Source: Candidatus Algichlamydia australiensis
GTDB lineage: Bacteria; Chlamydiota; Chlamydiia; Chlamydiales; JAJFMI01
Reading direction: 5' to 3'
NCBI GenBank assembly: GCA_033977065.1
Contig: JAXCHI010000004.1
Location: 128,001 to 192,000, forward strand
Length of the DNA: 64,000 nt
Shown here: piece by piece, positions 10,376-21,152 of the stretch
Numbering within the stretch: position 1 is the first letter of the stretch
How the letters are laid out: each line of letters starts with the position of its first letter
Program-made: the position numbers and the translations under genes
Notes under the pieces: generated by a model
What the model was told of the DNA's origin: nothing
The model's database searches: none
The model's input: only the letters and a program-made list of their open reading frames with translations

Positions 10376-13300
10376 ATGGCAGCAATAGGTTCTAATACAA
10401 GTTTTGAATGGCTAGTGGGATCAAAAGGATTTGACCTCCTTAGAGAAGCTAGAGGTGCACCTCCTGATGCACCTTTTGAAACAGTTTTAAATCGGCATGA
10501 AATTAAATGGTTGAGTAGAGAAAGTCATCCGTTTTTAAGTGATATTAGAAATGAATTTACTAGAATTAGGGAGATTGTTTTAAAGCAGCTGGACTGGGAT
10601 AAACCTTGGGGTTTAGATGTCTCATTTCAGGAGTTTGGAAAAGATGTAGAGATAATCGACGCCTCAGTCGTAGGTCTTTCTAAAGGTAAGAATCTATTTA
10701 TTGGCCGAGCAATGGAAGAAAGTAGGGAGAGAGCATTGCATCTAATCGAGTTAGGTTTGGATCTTTCAGCGGCTACCCCCGAGCAACAAGCTGATAGAGC
10801 TTTTGTTTTGCATGCTGTAAAAGTAAATGGACGCAATTTGGGTTGTGTACAGTGGGCATGCGATGATGAAGAGATCGTATCTACTGCAATGCAAGATTAT
10901 CCTAACTCTTTTAAAGATGCAAGCGAACGAATACGTAACAAGCGAGAATTTACAATAGAATGGTTACGTAAATGTGGCTATGTCAATACGTCAAAAGTTG
11001 TTATATGGTTTGATGATCTAGATTTTATTATGGCATATGCGAGACATTCTGACATCTACTGGCGGAGGCCTCGTGACAAGGAAAGTGCTGAATGGAAACT
11101 TTGGAAATACATTAAAAATTGTGACGATAAGGAGGTAATAAAAAAAATAGTTCAAGTCAATGGAAAATTTCTCTCCATTGTAAGAAAAAAATTTCGGGAT
11201 GAAGAAGAAGTTGTGGTAAATGCTATTAAAAATGACAGGGACGCATTTAAATATGCGAGCAAACGATTGCAAAATAAGGACAGTGTTTTATCAGTGTATG
11301 GGCGTGGGAGAATTTATGCTTCTTATTCGGAGGCAAAGCGTATAAAAGCTGCTTCAGACAATGAACTTTTACGATCCTTGTTGGCTGAGGGTTTTCTTTT
11401 AACTGATATACCCGATCGGGCGATTGCGGAAATTCAACCTGAACTTGTGATAGAAGCTTTGTCACTAAATAAAGAAAATATCCGTATCCTTGATGAGAGG
11501 GATGGCCAACAGGGAAATGCACATCCAAAATGGATCTCCTGGATAGATAAAAATAAAAATCATAAAGAATTGATTATTGCTTTAGTAGGCTTAAGAGGAA
11601 CTGCGATTGGATTGGCAGATATTCAGTTCCAAAAGAATGAAGAAATTGGCTTAATAGCAATAAAAAACGATGAGGCAGCTTTTAGATGTCTTGACGACAG
11701 TTTGCAACGGAACAGGTCTTTTGCAATAAAAGCTTTAACTGTTAATCACAAAGTATACGCGTTTCTTCCTAAGTTTTATCAGATCGATGCAGAACTGTTA
11801 GCTTTAGCAATAGAAGAAAAAGGTTATAAATGTTCCATAGAAATTGAGAGTTTTAAAAATAAAAAAGCCTGTGCGTTGTATCTCAATTCTGATTTATCTA
11901 ATACCAAAAATGATTATGAACGTTTTCATGAAAGGTTTCAACGGATGAGTTTCGAGATGAGGAATGATCAAGAAGTTCGTTACGCAGCAGCTAAACATTG
12001 TAAGGAAGTTTTTCTTGACATGCTTGAGGATTTTCGAAGAAGAAGAGAAGAACTTTTTTCAAACCTGATTCAAGATAGCGAAAGAGAAAGGGTTGCAGGT
12101 GCAGGGCTCCAGGAAGAATTGGATGAAGCTGTAAATAGTCTGGAAAAAAAGTTAACAGGCAAGAATGAGATTTTTTTTGAGGAACTTTCAAAGGTTTGGG
12201 AGTTAACAGATGGGCTTTCTGATCTACCAGATTATGATCACTTTGCTCAGGAAAATGAAAGGATAATTGCAGATCTAGAGGAAATAAAGGCAAAAACTCT
12301 TGAAGAGTTGAATGATGTGCAAGGTCAACTCGAGGAGATGGAAGGGAATCTTATAGGGGGTGTTGTATCTAATGAGGCGCAAATTGAAACCCTTAAAGTT
12401 TCTCAGGAACAACTTAGAGCTCAAATTCAACCATTGGAATCTGAGTTAAAAAGTCGTATTGAATTAAGAAACCGCTGTGAAGAACTTTTTAAAAAAGATG
12501 ACTCTAGAGGAATATATAAAATTTTTTATCGCCATTTTTTTCAAAAATTAACAGCACTAAGTATTGGTTTACAGGCAGCTAAAAGTGGACTGTTGCAGAG
12601 GGCAAACACTTCAACAGATGATGTTCTAGGGGTTTTGATCACTGTAATGACTTCTTTAATAACTACCGGAACTGGCATTGTGTTGGCTCCTGTTACTTGG
12701 GGTGCTTCGACAATAATTGCTCCTTTTATTGGTATTGGAGTCAACTTTGTTGCTCAGAAGGCTGTAGGTGCTGTGCGAGGAAAACAGAAGAAAGCGGAGT
12801 TTAAAAGAGGGGCAAGCCATTTTCATGGGGGATTGGAGGGAGTCGATTTAGATAATAAGAGACTCGCATTTGAAATTACTTTTTTACTACAGGAACATCT
12901 TCGTCTCTGCTCAATAAAAGGTGTAAAAAAGATTGCCGACGATTGGTTTTCTAAGTTTGCCCATTCTTTAGTTCAAAAAAGTAGCAAGGGTGAGGAGAGT
13001 GCAAAATTTTCCAGTATAATGTTGAAGCTGAAAAAAGGAAAAAAAGATATTGAGACGATATACGATTTAAATTGGAACTCTGAGAGTCTATTTCTTGAAT
13101 CGGGTGTATCTTATCCTGATGCTGACGGGAAAAGAATTTATGAATCTTTTGGTTACAAAAAAGATGGCGTGTTTAAGGAAAAAAGCAGAGCTTCAAAATA
13201 TGGATATCTCTCTTTTCCAAATCAAGAAGAGGCTAATTGCTATAAAGAGGAGAGGGTTGCTCAACTCAAGAAAAAGGATAGCAAGAAAGAAGGAATTTGG

Positions 13301-13570
13301 AAGAGAGACCTAAGAAGAAAAGGGATTGCTACTGAAGTTTTGGATCAATTAGGCTCTCGGGCTGGTGTTAGTAAACTCGCAATTCAAAATGCAAGTGGGC
13401 TCCAGGAGATAGGGGTGCAAGTCGAGTCGAATCAGCAAACAAATACGATTAGAATTGAAGGTCTTGCAAGAGAGGTTGAAAGATTAAATCAGCAAGTGAG
13501 TGAATTGTTTAAAATGAACAGAGCTCTTTTAGCAAGACTTGAAGCTGTAAGCGGTAAGAAGGATTCGTGA
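10376..13570 (+). CDS. Large candidate T3SS effector: DUF4116-like repeats, coiled coil, bilobed hydrophobic segment
   Basis: Repeats such as DEEVVVNAIKNDRDAFKYASKRLQN; heptad region ~aa 560-710; hydrophobic VLGVLITVMTSLITTGTGIVLAPVTWGASTIIAPFIGIGVNF; AT-rich. Confidence 0.75.
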   Translation: MAAIGSNTSFEWLVGSKGFDLLREARGAPPDAPFETVLNRHEIKWLSRESHPFLSDIRNEFTRIREIVLKQLDWDKPWGLDVSFQEFGKDVEIIDASVVGLSKGKNLFIGRAMEESRERALHLIELGLDLSAATPEQQADRAFVLHAVKVNGRNLGCVQWACDDEEIVSTAMQDYPNSFKDASERIRNKREFTIEWLRKCGYVNTSKVVIWFDDLDFIMAYARHSDIYWRRPRDKESAEWKLWKYIKNCDDKEVIKKIVQVNGKFLSIVRKKFRDEEEVVVNAIKNDRDAFKYASKRLQNKDSVLSVYGRGRIYASYSEAKRIKAASDNELLRSLLAEGFLLTDIPDRAIAEIQPELVIEALSLNKENIRILDERDGQQGNAHPKWISWIDKNKNHKELIIALVGLRGTAIGLADIQFQKNEEIGLIAIKNDEAAFRCLDDSLQRNRSFAIKALTVNHKVYAFLPKFYQIDAELLALAIEEKGYKCSIEIESFKNKKACALYLNSDLSNTKNDYERFHERFQRMSFEMRNDQEVRYAAAKHCKEVFLDMLEDFRRRREELFSNLIQDSERERVAGAGLQEELDEAVNSLEKKLTGKNEIFFEELSKVWELTDGLSDLPDYDHFAQENERIIADLEEIKAKTLEELNDVQGQLEEMEGNLIGGVVSNEAQIETLKVSQEQLRAQIQPLESELKSRIELRNRCEELFKKDDSRGIYKIFYRHFFQKLTALSIGLQAAKSGLLQRANTSTDDVLGVLITVMTSLITTGTGIVLAPVTWGASTIIAPFIGIGVNFVAQKAVGAVRGKQKKAEFKRGASHFHGGLEGVDLDNKRLAFEITFLLQEHLRLCSIKGVKKIADDWFSKFAHSLVQKSSKGEESAKFSSIMLKLKKGKKDIETIYDLNWNSESLFLESGVSYPDADGKRIYESFGYKKDGVFKEKSRASKYGYLSFPNQEEANCYKEERVAQLKKKDSKKEGIWKRDLRRKGIATEVLDQLGSRAGVSKLAIQNASGLQEIGVQVESNQQTNTIRIEGLAREVERLNQQVSELFKMNRALLARLEAVSGKKDS

Positions 13571-13593
13571 TTTTTTTTTAGGCAAAGGCTGGT

Positions 13594-14103
13594 TTAGTTA
13601 AATTTTTCTTCTCTCAAACGTCTTGAAGAGAGAGGCCTTCCATCAACTAAAAACTTCTCTATGTAATGTGGAGTGAAGTGAAGTTGCTCGCTAAAAATTC
13701 TAATGTTTTCTTCATTTCCCTGAGCATCTTTTCCAAATGCTGCACCTTTTCCAAGTACGAGGTGGTTGAAAGGGCAGTGGTGGTAGATTTTTTGTAAAAA
13801 CTCTTTATAGGTGAGGGTGGCAATTTCTTTGTTGAAGGGAAGAAGAAGCACTAGATCGACGCCAGCTTGTTCAAGAAGGGTGAGTTTTTCTTCGAGAGTT
13901 GTGAGTTGGGGAATATTAAGTTCAGGACGAAAGTAATTGATAGGGAGAGTTTCAAACGTGGTGACAAGGCGGGTAGGAGCAAGAGTTGCCATTTGTGAGA
14001 ATAGATATTTGTGGCCAGCATGCACACCATCAAAAGAGCCGATGGTGAGGGCTACTGGATCGCTACTTCTTTGTAATGTAGAGAAATCTCTGGCGATTTG
14101 CAT
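13594..14103 (-). CDS. ribF: FAD synthetase (RibF N-terminal adenylyltransferase domain only)
   Basis: IGSFDGVHAGH and LSSRRLRE motifs; stops right after, with no riboflavin kinase domain; start MQIARD. Confidence 0.85.
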   Translation of the reverse strand: MQIARDFSTLQRSSDPVALTIGSFDGVHAGHKYLFSQMATLAPTRLVTTFETLPINYFRPELNIPQLTTLEEKLTLLEQAGVDLVLLLPFNKEIATLTYKEFLQKIYHHCPFNHLVLGKGAAFGKDAQGNEENIRIFSEQLHFTPHYIEKFLVDGRPLSSRRLREEKFN

Positions 14104-14771
14104 GTGTGTAGGTGGCTTTGGTATTGAAAACCGGGTTTTTGTATCTCTTCGATGCTCAGGCAATTTTCTAACAAAAAGCTGCCACTCTTAACACGCTCTA
14201 ATTGGACAAGGTGGGCATAGGAGCCAAGTTTTTTACCAATATCTACGGCTAATTGACGGATGTAGGTACCCTTACTGCAAGCAAAATGTAGCTTAAGGTG
14301 AGGGTAGTCGTAAGAAAGAAAAGTGGTCGTAACTTGGATTTTTTTTGGCTCGCGCTCAATTGTGACACCTTTACGAGCGAGCTCGTAAAGTTTTTTTCCT
14401 CCTACTTTTTTTGCGGAATACATCGGTGGAGTTTGAAGAAGCTCACCTTGGAATTCAGGAAGGAGTGCTAAAATTTCTTCATTTGTAGGAATTTTTTCAG
14501 AGGTGTTTGTAGTGGCGCCTTCTAAATCACCTGTATCTGTTTCTATACCAAGCTTTAGTGTGGCGGTGTACTCTTTGTCACTATTAAGGAATGTCGGCTG
14601 GAGTCGTGTATAGTTTTTGCCAATAAGCATGACCATTACGCCAGTTGCAAAGGGATCAAGGGTGCCTGCATGGCCGATTTTTTTGATTTTTGTGAGACGA
14701 CGTAGCAGCGAGACCAGATAGAAAGAGGTTTTTCCGGCAGGTTTGTTAAGAAGAAGAATACCCTCTTTCAC
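14052..14771 (-). CDS. truB: tRNA pseudouridine(55) synthase
   Basis: KIGHAGTLDPFATG, QTPPMYSAKK, CSKGTYIR. Confidence 0.96.
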   Translation of the reverse strand: MKEGILLLNKPAGKTSFYLVSLLRRLTKIKKIGHAGTLDPFATGVMVMLIGKNYTRLQPTFLNSDKEYTATLKLGIETDTGDLEGATTNTSEKIPTNEEILALLPEFQGELLQTPPMYSAKKVGGKKLYELARKGVTIEREPKKIQVTTTFLSYDYPHLKLHFACSKGTYIRQLAVDIGKKLGSYAHLVQLERVKSGSFLLENCLSIEEIQKPGFQYQSHLHTCKSPEISLHYKEVAIQ

Positions 14772-15127
14772 TGACGAGCCTCTCGCTCTTTTTCTAGATC
14801 ACCTAGGATGTTGTCGATATGGAGCAGATCGTCTGTGCTGGTATCAAGATGAAAGGTAAGTTCGGGGAAAAAACGCATAACAACTTTTTTTGATGTTGAG
14901 ATCGCGATGAAGCTGGCTGCTGAATTGAGTCCGTTAATTGTTTCACTCCGCTCTTTTTCGTCTCCTAAGATGCTCACATAGATTTTAGCATGACGCAGAT
15001 CTTTAGTAATTGAAACGCTCATGACAGTAGTGAATTTAGCGATTTTAGGATTGCGAACTTCGTTGCGAATCACTTCGCTAATGACCTCTTTCAAAAGTGA
15101 GTTGAGTCTCTCTGTTCTGCGTGTCAT
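14768..15127 (-). CDS. rbfA: Ribosome-binding factor A
   Basis: ITKDLRHAKIYVS, MRFFPELTFHLD; position after infB. Confidence 0.95.
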   Translation of the reverse strand: MTRRTERLNSLLKEVISEVIRNEVRNPKIAKFTTVMSVSITKDLRHAKIYVSILGDEKERSETINGLNSAASFIAISTSKKVVMRFFPELTFHLDTSTDDLLHIDNILGDLEKEREARQ

Positions 15128-15133
15128 AGTGAG

Positions 15134-17566
15134 TTATAGTTCTTGCTCTTTAAATGTAACTTCAAAGGCTTTGATTGTATCGCCCACTTGATAGTCGCGG
15201 AATTTCTGAAGAAGAATCCCACACTCAAACCCTTTAGAGACTTCCTTAACATCCTCTTTTTCTCTCTTTAAGGAGGCTATATCTCCTGTAAAGAGCTCTT
15301 CACCATCACGGTAGAGGCGCACTAGGTGGGAGCGTTTGATGATACCATCTGTAACTTTGCAACCTGCAATAAGGCCGAGAGAAGATGACTTGAAGGTGGC
15401 AAGGATTTCAGCTTCACCCACTTCGTTCTCTTCGCGAATTTTATCAAGAAGATTTTTCATCATCAATTTGACTTCATCAACAAGGTGGTAGATGACATCA
15501 TGAGATTTGACATCAACTTGTAATTTTTTAATTGACCCTTCTGCGTGGCTCTCAACTTTTGTGTGAAAGCCGATAATAGCAGCACCTGAGGCGTGCGCAA
15601 GTTCAATATCAGACTCTGAAATTTCCCCAACAGATTCGTTAATAAAGTTCAGCTCAACTTTTTCTTGAGGAAGACGTTTAAGAGAGTTTTTTAGTGCTTC
15701 AAGTGAACCTTGTACGTCTGCACGCAAGATGAGGGCAAGAGGCTTTTTCTGTTGGCGTTGCTGTTCTTGGGCAAGGAGGTCATCTAAAGCTCTTGTTTTT
15801 GGACGGCGGTTGAATTCTCGCTCTTTACCTGCCATACGCTCTTCACAAAGCTTTTTCGCCTCTTTTTCACTTTCCACAACAATGAATTCTGTTCCTGCTT
15901 CTGGAATTCCGGAGAGTCCGGTGACCTTAACAGGAGTTGCAGGGGGAGCGTTTTTTGTATTTTTGCCATGCTCATTGTGCATTGTTTTCGTGCGACCCCA
16001 AACCTCTCCAATCACAAGAGCGTCGCCGTGGCGTAGTGTCCCATTTTGAACAAGCAGAGTAGCAGCACATCCAAGACCTTTGTGCAATTCTGATTCCAAG
16101 ATAATTCCACGAGCACGTGCATCTGGATTCGCTTTAAGCTCTAAAAGTTCCCCTTGAAGTTGAGACATTTCAAGAAGTGTTTCAATACCTTCGCCAGTTT
16201 TAGCGGAGCAATTGACAGTGATTGTTGAACCCCCCCACGCTTCAGGGAGCATCTCTTGCTCAGAGAGCTGTCTGTAGATCTCATCTGCATTGAAGTTAGG
16301 CTTATCACACTTGTTGATTGCGATGATAATTGGAACACCTGCTTCTTTGGCTTGGTGTAGAGCTTCAAGTGTTTGTGCTTTGATGCCCTCGTCTCCTGCA
16401 ACAACAAGAATCACGATATCTGTTGCTGAGGCGCCGCGCTCTCTCATTGCGCTAAACGCTTCGTGTCCAGGTGTATCTAAAATTGTGAGGGGGCCGTGAT
16501 CGAGTTGGCATTTGAATGCACCGATGTGCTGGGTGATAGCACCCGCCTCTTTAGCTGCAACTTTACTTTTGCGAATAAAGTCAATTAAACTTGTTTTTCC
16601 ATGGTCAACGTGACCCATAAATGCAACAACTGGTGCTCTTGTTTCAAGGTTTGCGCTATCGGTCTCTTGGATCTCTTCTGCAACAGTTTTTCCTGTGATT
16701 TGAAGGCGCTCTTCTTCAGAAGTGTCTATAGTAATTTCGCACTCAAAATCTTGGCCTAGAAGTTGCACAGTTGTTTCATCATCAAGATAGTCGTTGAGTG
16801 TAAGGGCAACCCCTTGCATAAAGAGCTTTGAAATCAAAGCAGAAGCCTTGAGTTTCATCTCAACTGCTAGGTCTTTTATTGTGATAGGAAGTTTTATCTT
16901 TAACTCTTTGGGGCGAATGATCTCTTCAGGGCTACGCTCTTGCTTTCCTTTGAAACCGCGCTTTTTACGCCACCTTTCATCGTCACTTTGCGAGATGCCA
17001 TGGCGGAGTCGATGATCGCCTCGGCGCTGATTCATGCTGCTCCAAGGTTTTTTTGGGGCAGCTTTCTGTTTTCTCGGCGTACCTGGGGGCGGGCTACCTC
17101 CTGCAGCAGTTCTGAAAGGACTTTGGTTAGGTGAAGAGGAAGGCTGCTGAGAAGAGGGTTTTTTTGGCTTGCCATTTTTTGCGAAACGGGCTTTTGTAGC
17201 GGCATCTAGCTCAATTTTGCGTTTAGGAGGTTGTCCGGGTTTTTCGGTTGTCTTGATCGCTGCCTTCTGTGTGAAACTCTTTTTTTCAACAGGGGGTAAT
17301 TTTTCAGGCTGGATAGGAGGGGTTTTGGGGGCTTCTGCTTTTTCTACAGGCTCACTTTTAGGCGCAGCTGTCGCTTTTACAGGGGGCTTTGCGGCAACGG
17401 GTTTTTTCTCTTCTTTTTTCTCTTTCTCTTTTATAGGAGCAAGCGTCTTTGCTTTGACTTTAGCCTTTTTCTTTTTTTCTTCTTTAGGCTCATCCGCTTT
17501 TTTCCCAATATTAAGAGCTTGGGCAAGTTGAGAGTTTTTGATGTTTAGTTTCAAATTTTTTGCCAT
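15134..17566 (-). CDS. infB: Translation initiation factor IF-2
   Basis: MGHVDHGKTSL, AGAITQHIGA, DTPGHEAF, ADVQGSLEA. Confidence 0.98.
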   Translation of the reverse strand: MAKNLKLNIKNSQLAQALNIGKKADEPKEEKKKKAKVKAKTLAPIKEKEKKEEKKPVAAKPPVKATAAPKSEPVEKAEAPKTPPIQPEKLPPVEKKSFTQKAAIKTTEKPGQPPKRKIELDAATKARFAKNGKPKKPSSQQPSSSPNQSPFRTAAGGSPPPGTPRKQKAAPKKPWSSMNQRRGDHRLRHGISQSDDERWRKKRGFKGKQERSPEEIIRPKELKIKLPITIKDLAVEMKLKASALISKLFMQGVALTLNDYLDDETTVQLLGQDFECEITIDTSEEERLQITGKTVAEEIQETDSANLETRAPVVAFMGHVDHGKTSLIDFIRKSKVAAKEAGAITQHIGAFKCQLDHGPLTILDTPGHEAFSAMRERGASATDIVILVVAGDEGIKAQTLEALHQAKEAGVPIIIAINKCDKPNFNADEIYRQLSEQEMLPEAWGGSTITVNCSAKTGEGIETLLEMSQLQGELLELKANPDARARGIILESELHKGLGCAATLLVQNGTLRHGDALVIGEVWGRTKTMHNEHGKNTKNAPPATPVKVTGLSGIPEAGTEFIVVESEKEAKKLCEERMAGKEREFNRRPKTRALDDLLAQEQQRQQKKPLALILRADVQGSLEALKNSLKRLPQEKVELNFINESVGEISESDIELAHASGAAIIGFHTKVESHAEGSIKKLQVDVKSHDVIYHLVDEVKLMMKNLLDKIREENEVGEAEILATFKSSSLGLIAGCKVTDGIIKRSHLVRLYRDGEELFTGDIASLKREKEDVKEVSKGFECGILLQKFRDYQVGDTIKAFEVTFKEQEL

Positions 17567-17570
17567 GTAG

Positions 17571-18830
17571 TTATGGTTTTGTCACCTTCTCCAGTATATC
17601 TTCTGCCATCTCTTTGCTAATATCAGCTGATTCGATCAGCTGTTCTGGTGTAGCGCCCAAAATCTTTCTAGGCGTATCAAAACCAGCAGCAGAGAGAGAA
17701 TCAATAATAAATTGATTCATGCCAGCAATTTGAACAGGTTCATCTAGCCATGCATCTTCCGATAAGGAGAGCTGCTTGCGCTGAACGACCTGCGCTTTTT
17801 TGTGATCGGTCATTTTTTCAATTTCTAGGCGTACACCAATCAGTTCGCCAGATAATCTTGCATTAATCCCTCTTTTTCCGAGAGCTGCAGGATAGTCTTC
17901 ATCATCGACTACAATCCAGATCGTCTCCTCTTCCTCACTGATTTTTTTGATTTCAATGGGGGATAAGGAGCGCTCTAGCATTTCGACGCGATCTTCCATG
18001 TAAGGAAGAATATCAATTTTTTCATTGCCAAGTTCACGAATCACATTTTTGACACGTGTGCCGCGTACACCAACGCAGGCGCCGACAGGGTCAACTTTTG
18101 GGTCGTTTGAACGAACGGCGAGTTTGCAGCGATGCCCGCCTTCGCGGACAACTTTGACAACTTCGATTAGTCCCTCTTGGATCTCGGGGACTTCTTGCTT
18201 GAAAAGTTCAACAACAAGATCGGGAGCTGTGCGTGAGAGAACTGCTTCAGCACCTCCACCCTCTGTATCGCGAACTTCATAGAGAAGGGCCAAAATGCGA
18301 TCTCCGACGTTGTAGTGTTCTGTACGAGGGATGAAACGCTCAGGTAGTATAGCTTCGACTTTTCCGAGATCTACGATGACTGTTCTTCCTTTAACGACAC
18401 GTTTTACCGTACCATTAATGATCTCTCCTACGCGGTCGCGGTACTCTGAGTAGATGACATCGCGCTCTGCACCGCGCAACTTCTGCGCAATGACTTGCTT
18501 GGCAGTTTGGGCAGCAATGCGCCCAAACTGTGCAGGAGTTACAACGACTTCAATAAATTGACCAGAGTTGCAGTCAGGGTCGAGCTCACGTGCCGCTTCT
18601 AAAGAGATCTCTTCGCCAGGGTATTTGACTTTTTCTACAATCTCTTTTTCACACGTCACATCGATTTCACCCGTGTTGGGATCTACTCTTACGTTGGCAT
18701 TAGTAATTCCTTCTACACTTTTGCGTGCAGCAAGCTCTAACGCCTCTTCGATGCTCCCAATGATGATTTCGCGCTTGATTCCCTTCTCTCTTTCGAGATA
18801 CTCGAAGAGCGCAACTAGATCTTTATTCAT
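17571..18830 (-). CDS. nusA: Transcription factor NusA
   Basis: [36 protein letters not shown]. Confidence 0.97.
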   Translation of the reverse strand: MNKDLVALFEYLEREKGIKREIIIGSIEEALELAARKSVEGITNANVRVDPNTGEIDVTCEKEIVEKVKYPGEEISLEAARELDPDCNSGQFIEVVVTPAQFGRIAAQTAKQVIAQKLRGAERDVIYSEYRDRVGEIINGTVKRVVKGRTVIVDLGKVEAILPERFIPRTEHYNVGDRILALLYEVRDTEGGGAEAVLSRTAPDLVVELFKQEVPEIQEGLIEVVKVVREGGHRCKLAVRSNDPKVDPVGACVGVRGTRVKNVIRELGNEKIDILPYMEDRVEMLERSLSPIEIKKISEEEETIWIVVDDEDYPAALGKRGINARLSGELIGVRLEIEKMTDHKKAQVVQRKQLSLSEDAWLDEPVQIAGMNQFIIDSLSAAGFDTPRKILGATPEQLIESADISKEMAEDILEKVTKP

Positions 18831-20562
18831 CTTCTGTGTTCTCTTCCTCTTCTTCTTTTTTCTTTTTGCGCTTTTTTACTACAATCTCGTCTTTATCCGC
18901 TCTACCTTGTTCAGCAAGATAATCTTTGATCGAAAGAGCAATTTTTTTCTGTTCTGGGTCGATTTTTACCACTTTGGCTTCAACTTCATCACCAACTGAT
19001 ATGATGTCTTCAATTTTTCCAAAAGCTTCATCAGAGAGTTCTGTTACGTGAACTAAGCCCTCCAAATCATTGTCAAGGATGACAAAGGCACCAAAAGCAG
19101 TAATTTTGACGACTTTTCCTTTGACTTTGCTGCCAATTGGTAAAGTGTTTTCAATAGACTCCCAAGGGTTTTCTGTTAGCTGTTTTACTCCTAAAGTGAT
19201 CTTTTTGCTTTCAGGATCAACAGAGAGAACGACAGCTTTTACGCGATCACCTTTTTTTAGAACTTCTGATGGGTGAGAGACTTTCTTGGTCCAGCTCAAA
19301 TCAGAGATGTGAATCAACCCATCAACACCAGGTGCCAACTCAGCAAATGCGCCGTAGTTTGTTAGGTTTTGGATCTCAACATCGAGCTCTTTACCGACAG
19401 GGAACTGCTCTTCTACATCTTCCCATGGATTTTTTTCATTTTGTTTGATGCCAAGAGAGACTTTTCCTTCGTCTTTCTGGATAGAAAGAACAATCGCCTC
19501 TACTTCATCGCCCACTTTCACGATTTCGCTTGGGTCAGTAACGGTTTTGAGCCAGCTCATTTCAGATACATGGATCAAGCCCTCAACACCCTCTTCAATC
19601 TCGATGAAAGCACCGTAAGGAACAAGGCTTGTAATCTTTCCTTTGACTTTTGTGCCAGGAGGGAATTTGCGCTCAACAGCTTCCCACGGATTTTCTTCTT
19701 TCTGCTTTAGGCCTAGCGCAACACGTCCCTTCTCTTTATCAATTGAGAGAATCGCCACCTCAATCTCATCACCAAGGGCAACCATTTCAGAAGGATGCTT
19801 GATACGCTTCCAAGTCATATCAGTAATGTGAAGCAGGCCATCGATACCATCGAGGTCTAAGAAGACACCAAAGTCGGTAATATTTTTGACAACACCGATG
19901 CGGAGTTCACCCTCTTCGATATTCTCAAGGAGTTCGCTCTTCTTTACCATGCGCTCTTGCTCAAGCAGTTCGCGGCGTGAGACAACAATATTTTTGCGCT
20001 CGATGTTAATTTTAAGAATTTTAAAGTCGAAGCTTTTGCCAACATACTCATCGATATTTTTGATGCGTTTGTTGTCAATCTGTGAGCCAGGCAGGAAGGC
20101 TTCCATGCCGATGTCGACCATCAAGCCGCCCTTGACTTTGCGCAGGACTTTTCCTTGAACGATCGAGCCCTCTTTGCAGTGATTCACGATATATTCCCAT
20201 TGGCGCATGCGACGCGCTTTTTCTCGGGAAAGAACGATCTGGCCTTCGCGATTTTCTGCTTGGTCGAGCAGGACTTCGATTTCAGAACCCAGCTGGATTT
20301 CATCAAGTTCTGTGAACTCTTCAGTTGGAATTAAGCCTTCAGATTTAAGGCCGACGTCGACGATAACAAAATCTTTAGTGAGTTCTACGACAATGCCTTT
20401 TAGAACTTGGCCGCTTGTCATGCTCGCAATTGAGCCCTCTTCGGTCTTGCTCTCTTTAGCATCAAGTAAGTTTTTGAACTCTTCCGCGTCTTCAGTGCGG
20501 TACTCTACATCGTCAATGATGTTGTCGACTTCGTTCCAGTCGTGGGTTGATTGGTTTGTCAT
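18823..20562 (-). CDS. rpsA: 30S ribosomal protein S1
   Basis: Six S1 repeats ([26 protein letters not shown]...); ATG 20562 with upstream AGGAG. Confidence 0.97.
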   Translation of the reverse strand: MTNQSTHDWNEVDNIIDDVEYRTEDAEEFKNLLDAKESKTEEGSIASMTSGQVLKGIVVELTKDFVIVDVGLKSEGLIPTEEFTELDEIQLGSEIEVLLDQAENREGQIVLSREKARRMRQWEYIVNHCKEGSIVQGKVLRKVKGGLMVDIGMEAFLPGSQIDNKRIKNIDEYVGKSFDFKILKINIERKNIVVSRRELLEQERMVKKSELLENIEEGELRIGVVKNITDFGVFLDLDGIDGLLHITDMTWKRIKHPSEMVALGDEIEVAILSIDKEKGRVALGLKQKEENPWEAVERKFPPGTKVKGKITSLVPYGAFIEIEEGVEGLIHVSEMSWLKTVTDPSEIVKVGDEVEAIVLSIQKDEGKVSLGIKQNEKNPWEDVEEQFPVGKELDVEIQNLTNYGAFAELAPGVDGLIHISDLSWTKKVSHPSEVLKKGDRVKAVVLSVDPESKKITLGVKQLTENPWESIENTLPIGSKVKGKVVKITAFGAFVILDNDLEGLVHVTELSDEAFGKIEDIISVGDEVEAKVVKIDPEQKKIALSIKDYLAEQGRADKDEIVVKKRKKKKEEEEENTEDE

Positions 20563-20719
20563 GTTATATGTTTTTCTCCTTACAAAATTTGGCGGTGCGG
20601 CATAGCTACACCCCAGCAAAGAAACAGTTTAACAAAGGCTCGTACGAATTGCAACCTAAACCCTTAAGTGTAAAAGTAAAAAATTTCATTTATATAGAAT
20701 TGGGGGTGATAGAGACAGT

Positions 20720-21112
20720 CGGGGCTGCGCCCCCGCTGCCCCGTAGGTCTGCATTTCGCCATGCCAAATCGCGTGCTCGACTTAGGGGTGTGCGGAGCAC
20801 TACCCCGTGCGTCTGTGCTGCGATTTTTCAAAGCCGATCACGAGACAAAAACCAATCCCTGAAATCTGCTTTCCAATTCGTTTTTTGAACAAGTCCATTG
20901 TTCGTCCTCAGCAACTTAATGAAAGTTGCCTTCGCCCTCCACAATGAATTTTTTCTAAAAAACAAATTGTCTTTCAGCTTTCATTGCTTGCTTTTTGTCT
21001 CTTGCAGCCTAAGGAGCGTTTGGGTGAGCTTTGCTCTAACCCTCACGCAACTGATTGAAATCATTGTTTGTTAAGGTAAGCGATCTGCACGTTACTTCGC
21101 TTGTTAGAGGTT
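20720..21112. repeat. Highly structured intergenic region with stacked hairpins, between divergent rpsA and lysC
   Basis: GGGGCTGCGCCCC and GGGGTG..GCACTACCCC hairpins; long imperfect fold-back GAGACAAAAA(20842)...TTTTTGTCTC(21001) with nested stems. Confidence 0.55.
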
Positions 21113-21152
21113 TTGTTGCGGGGTTTGGGGTTGGTAGTTATACTCGCGGGAT

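Noticed and set aside
20547..20888. 113-aa ORF upstream of rpsA
   Set aside because: Runs through hairpin DNA and overlaps the rpsA start; no protein-like features
20900..21150. Lysine riboswitch upstream of lysC
   Set aside because: No recognisable L-box consensus by eye; needs cmscan to exclude formally
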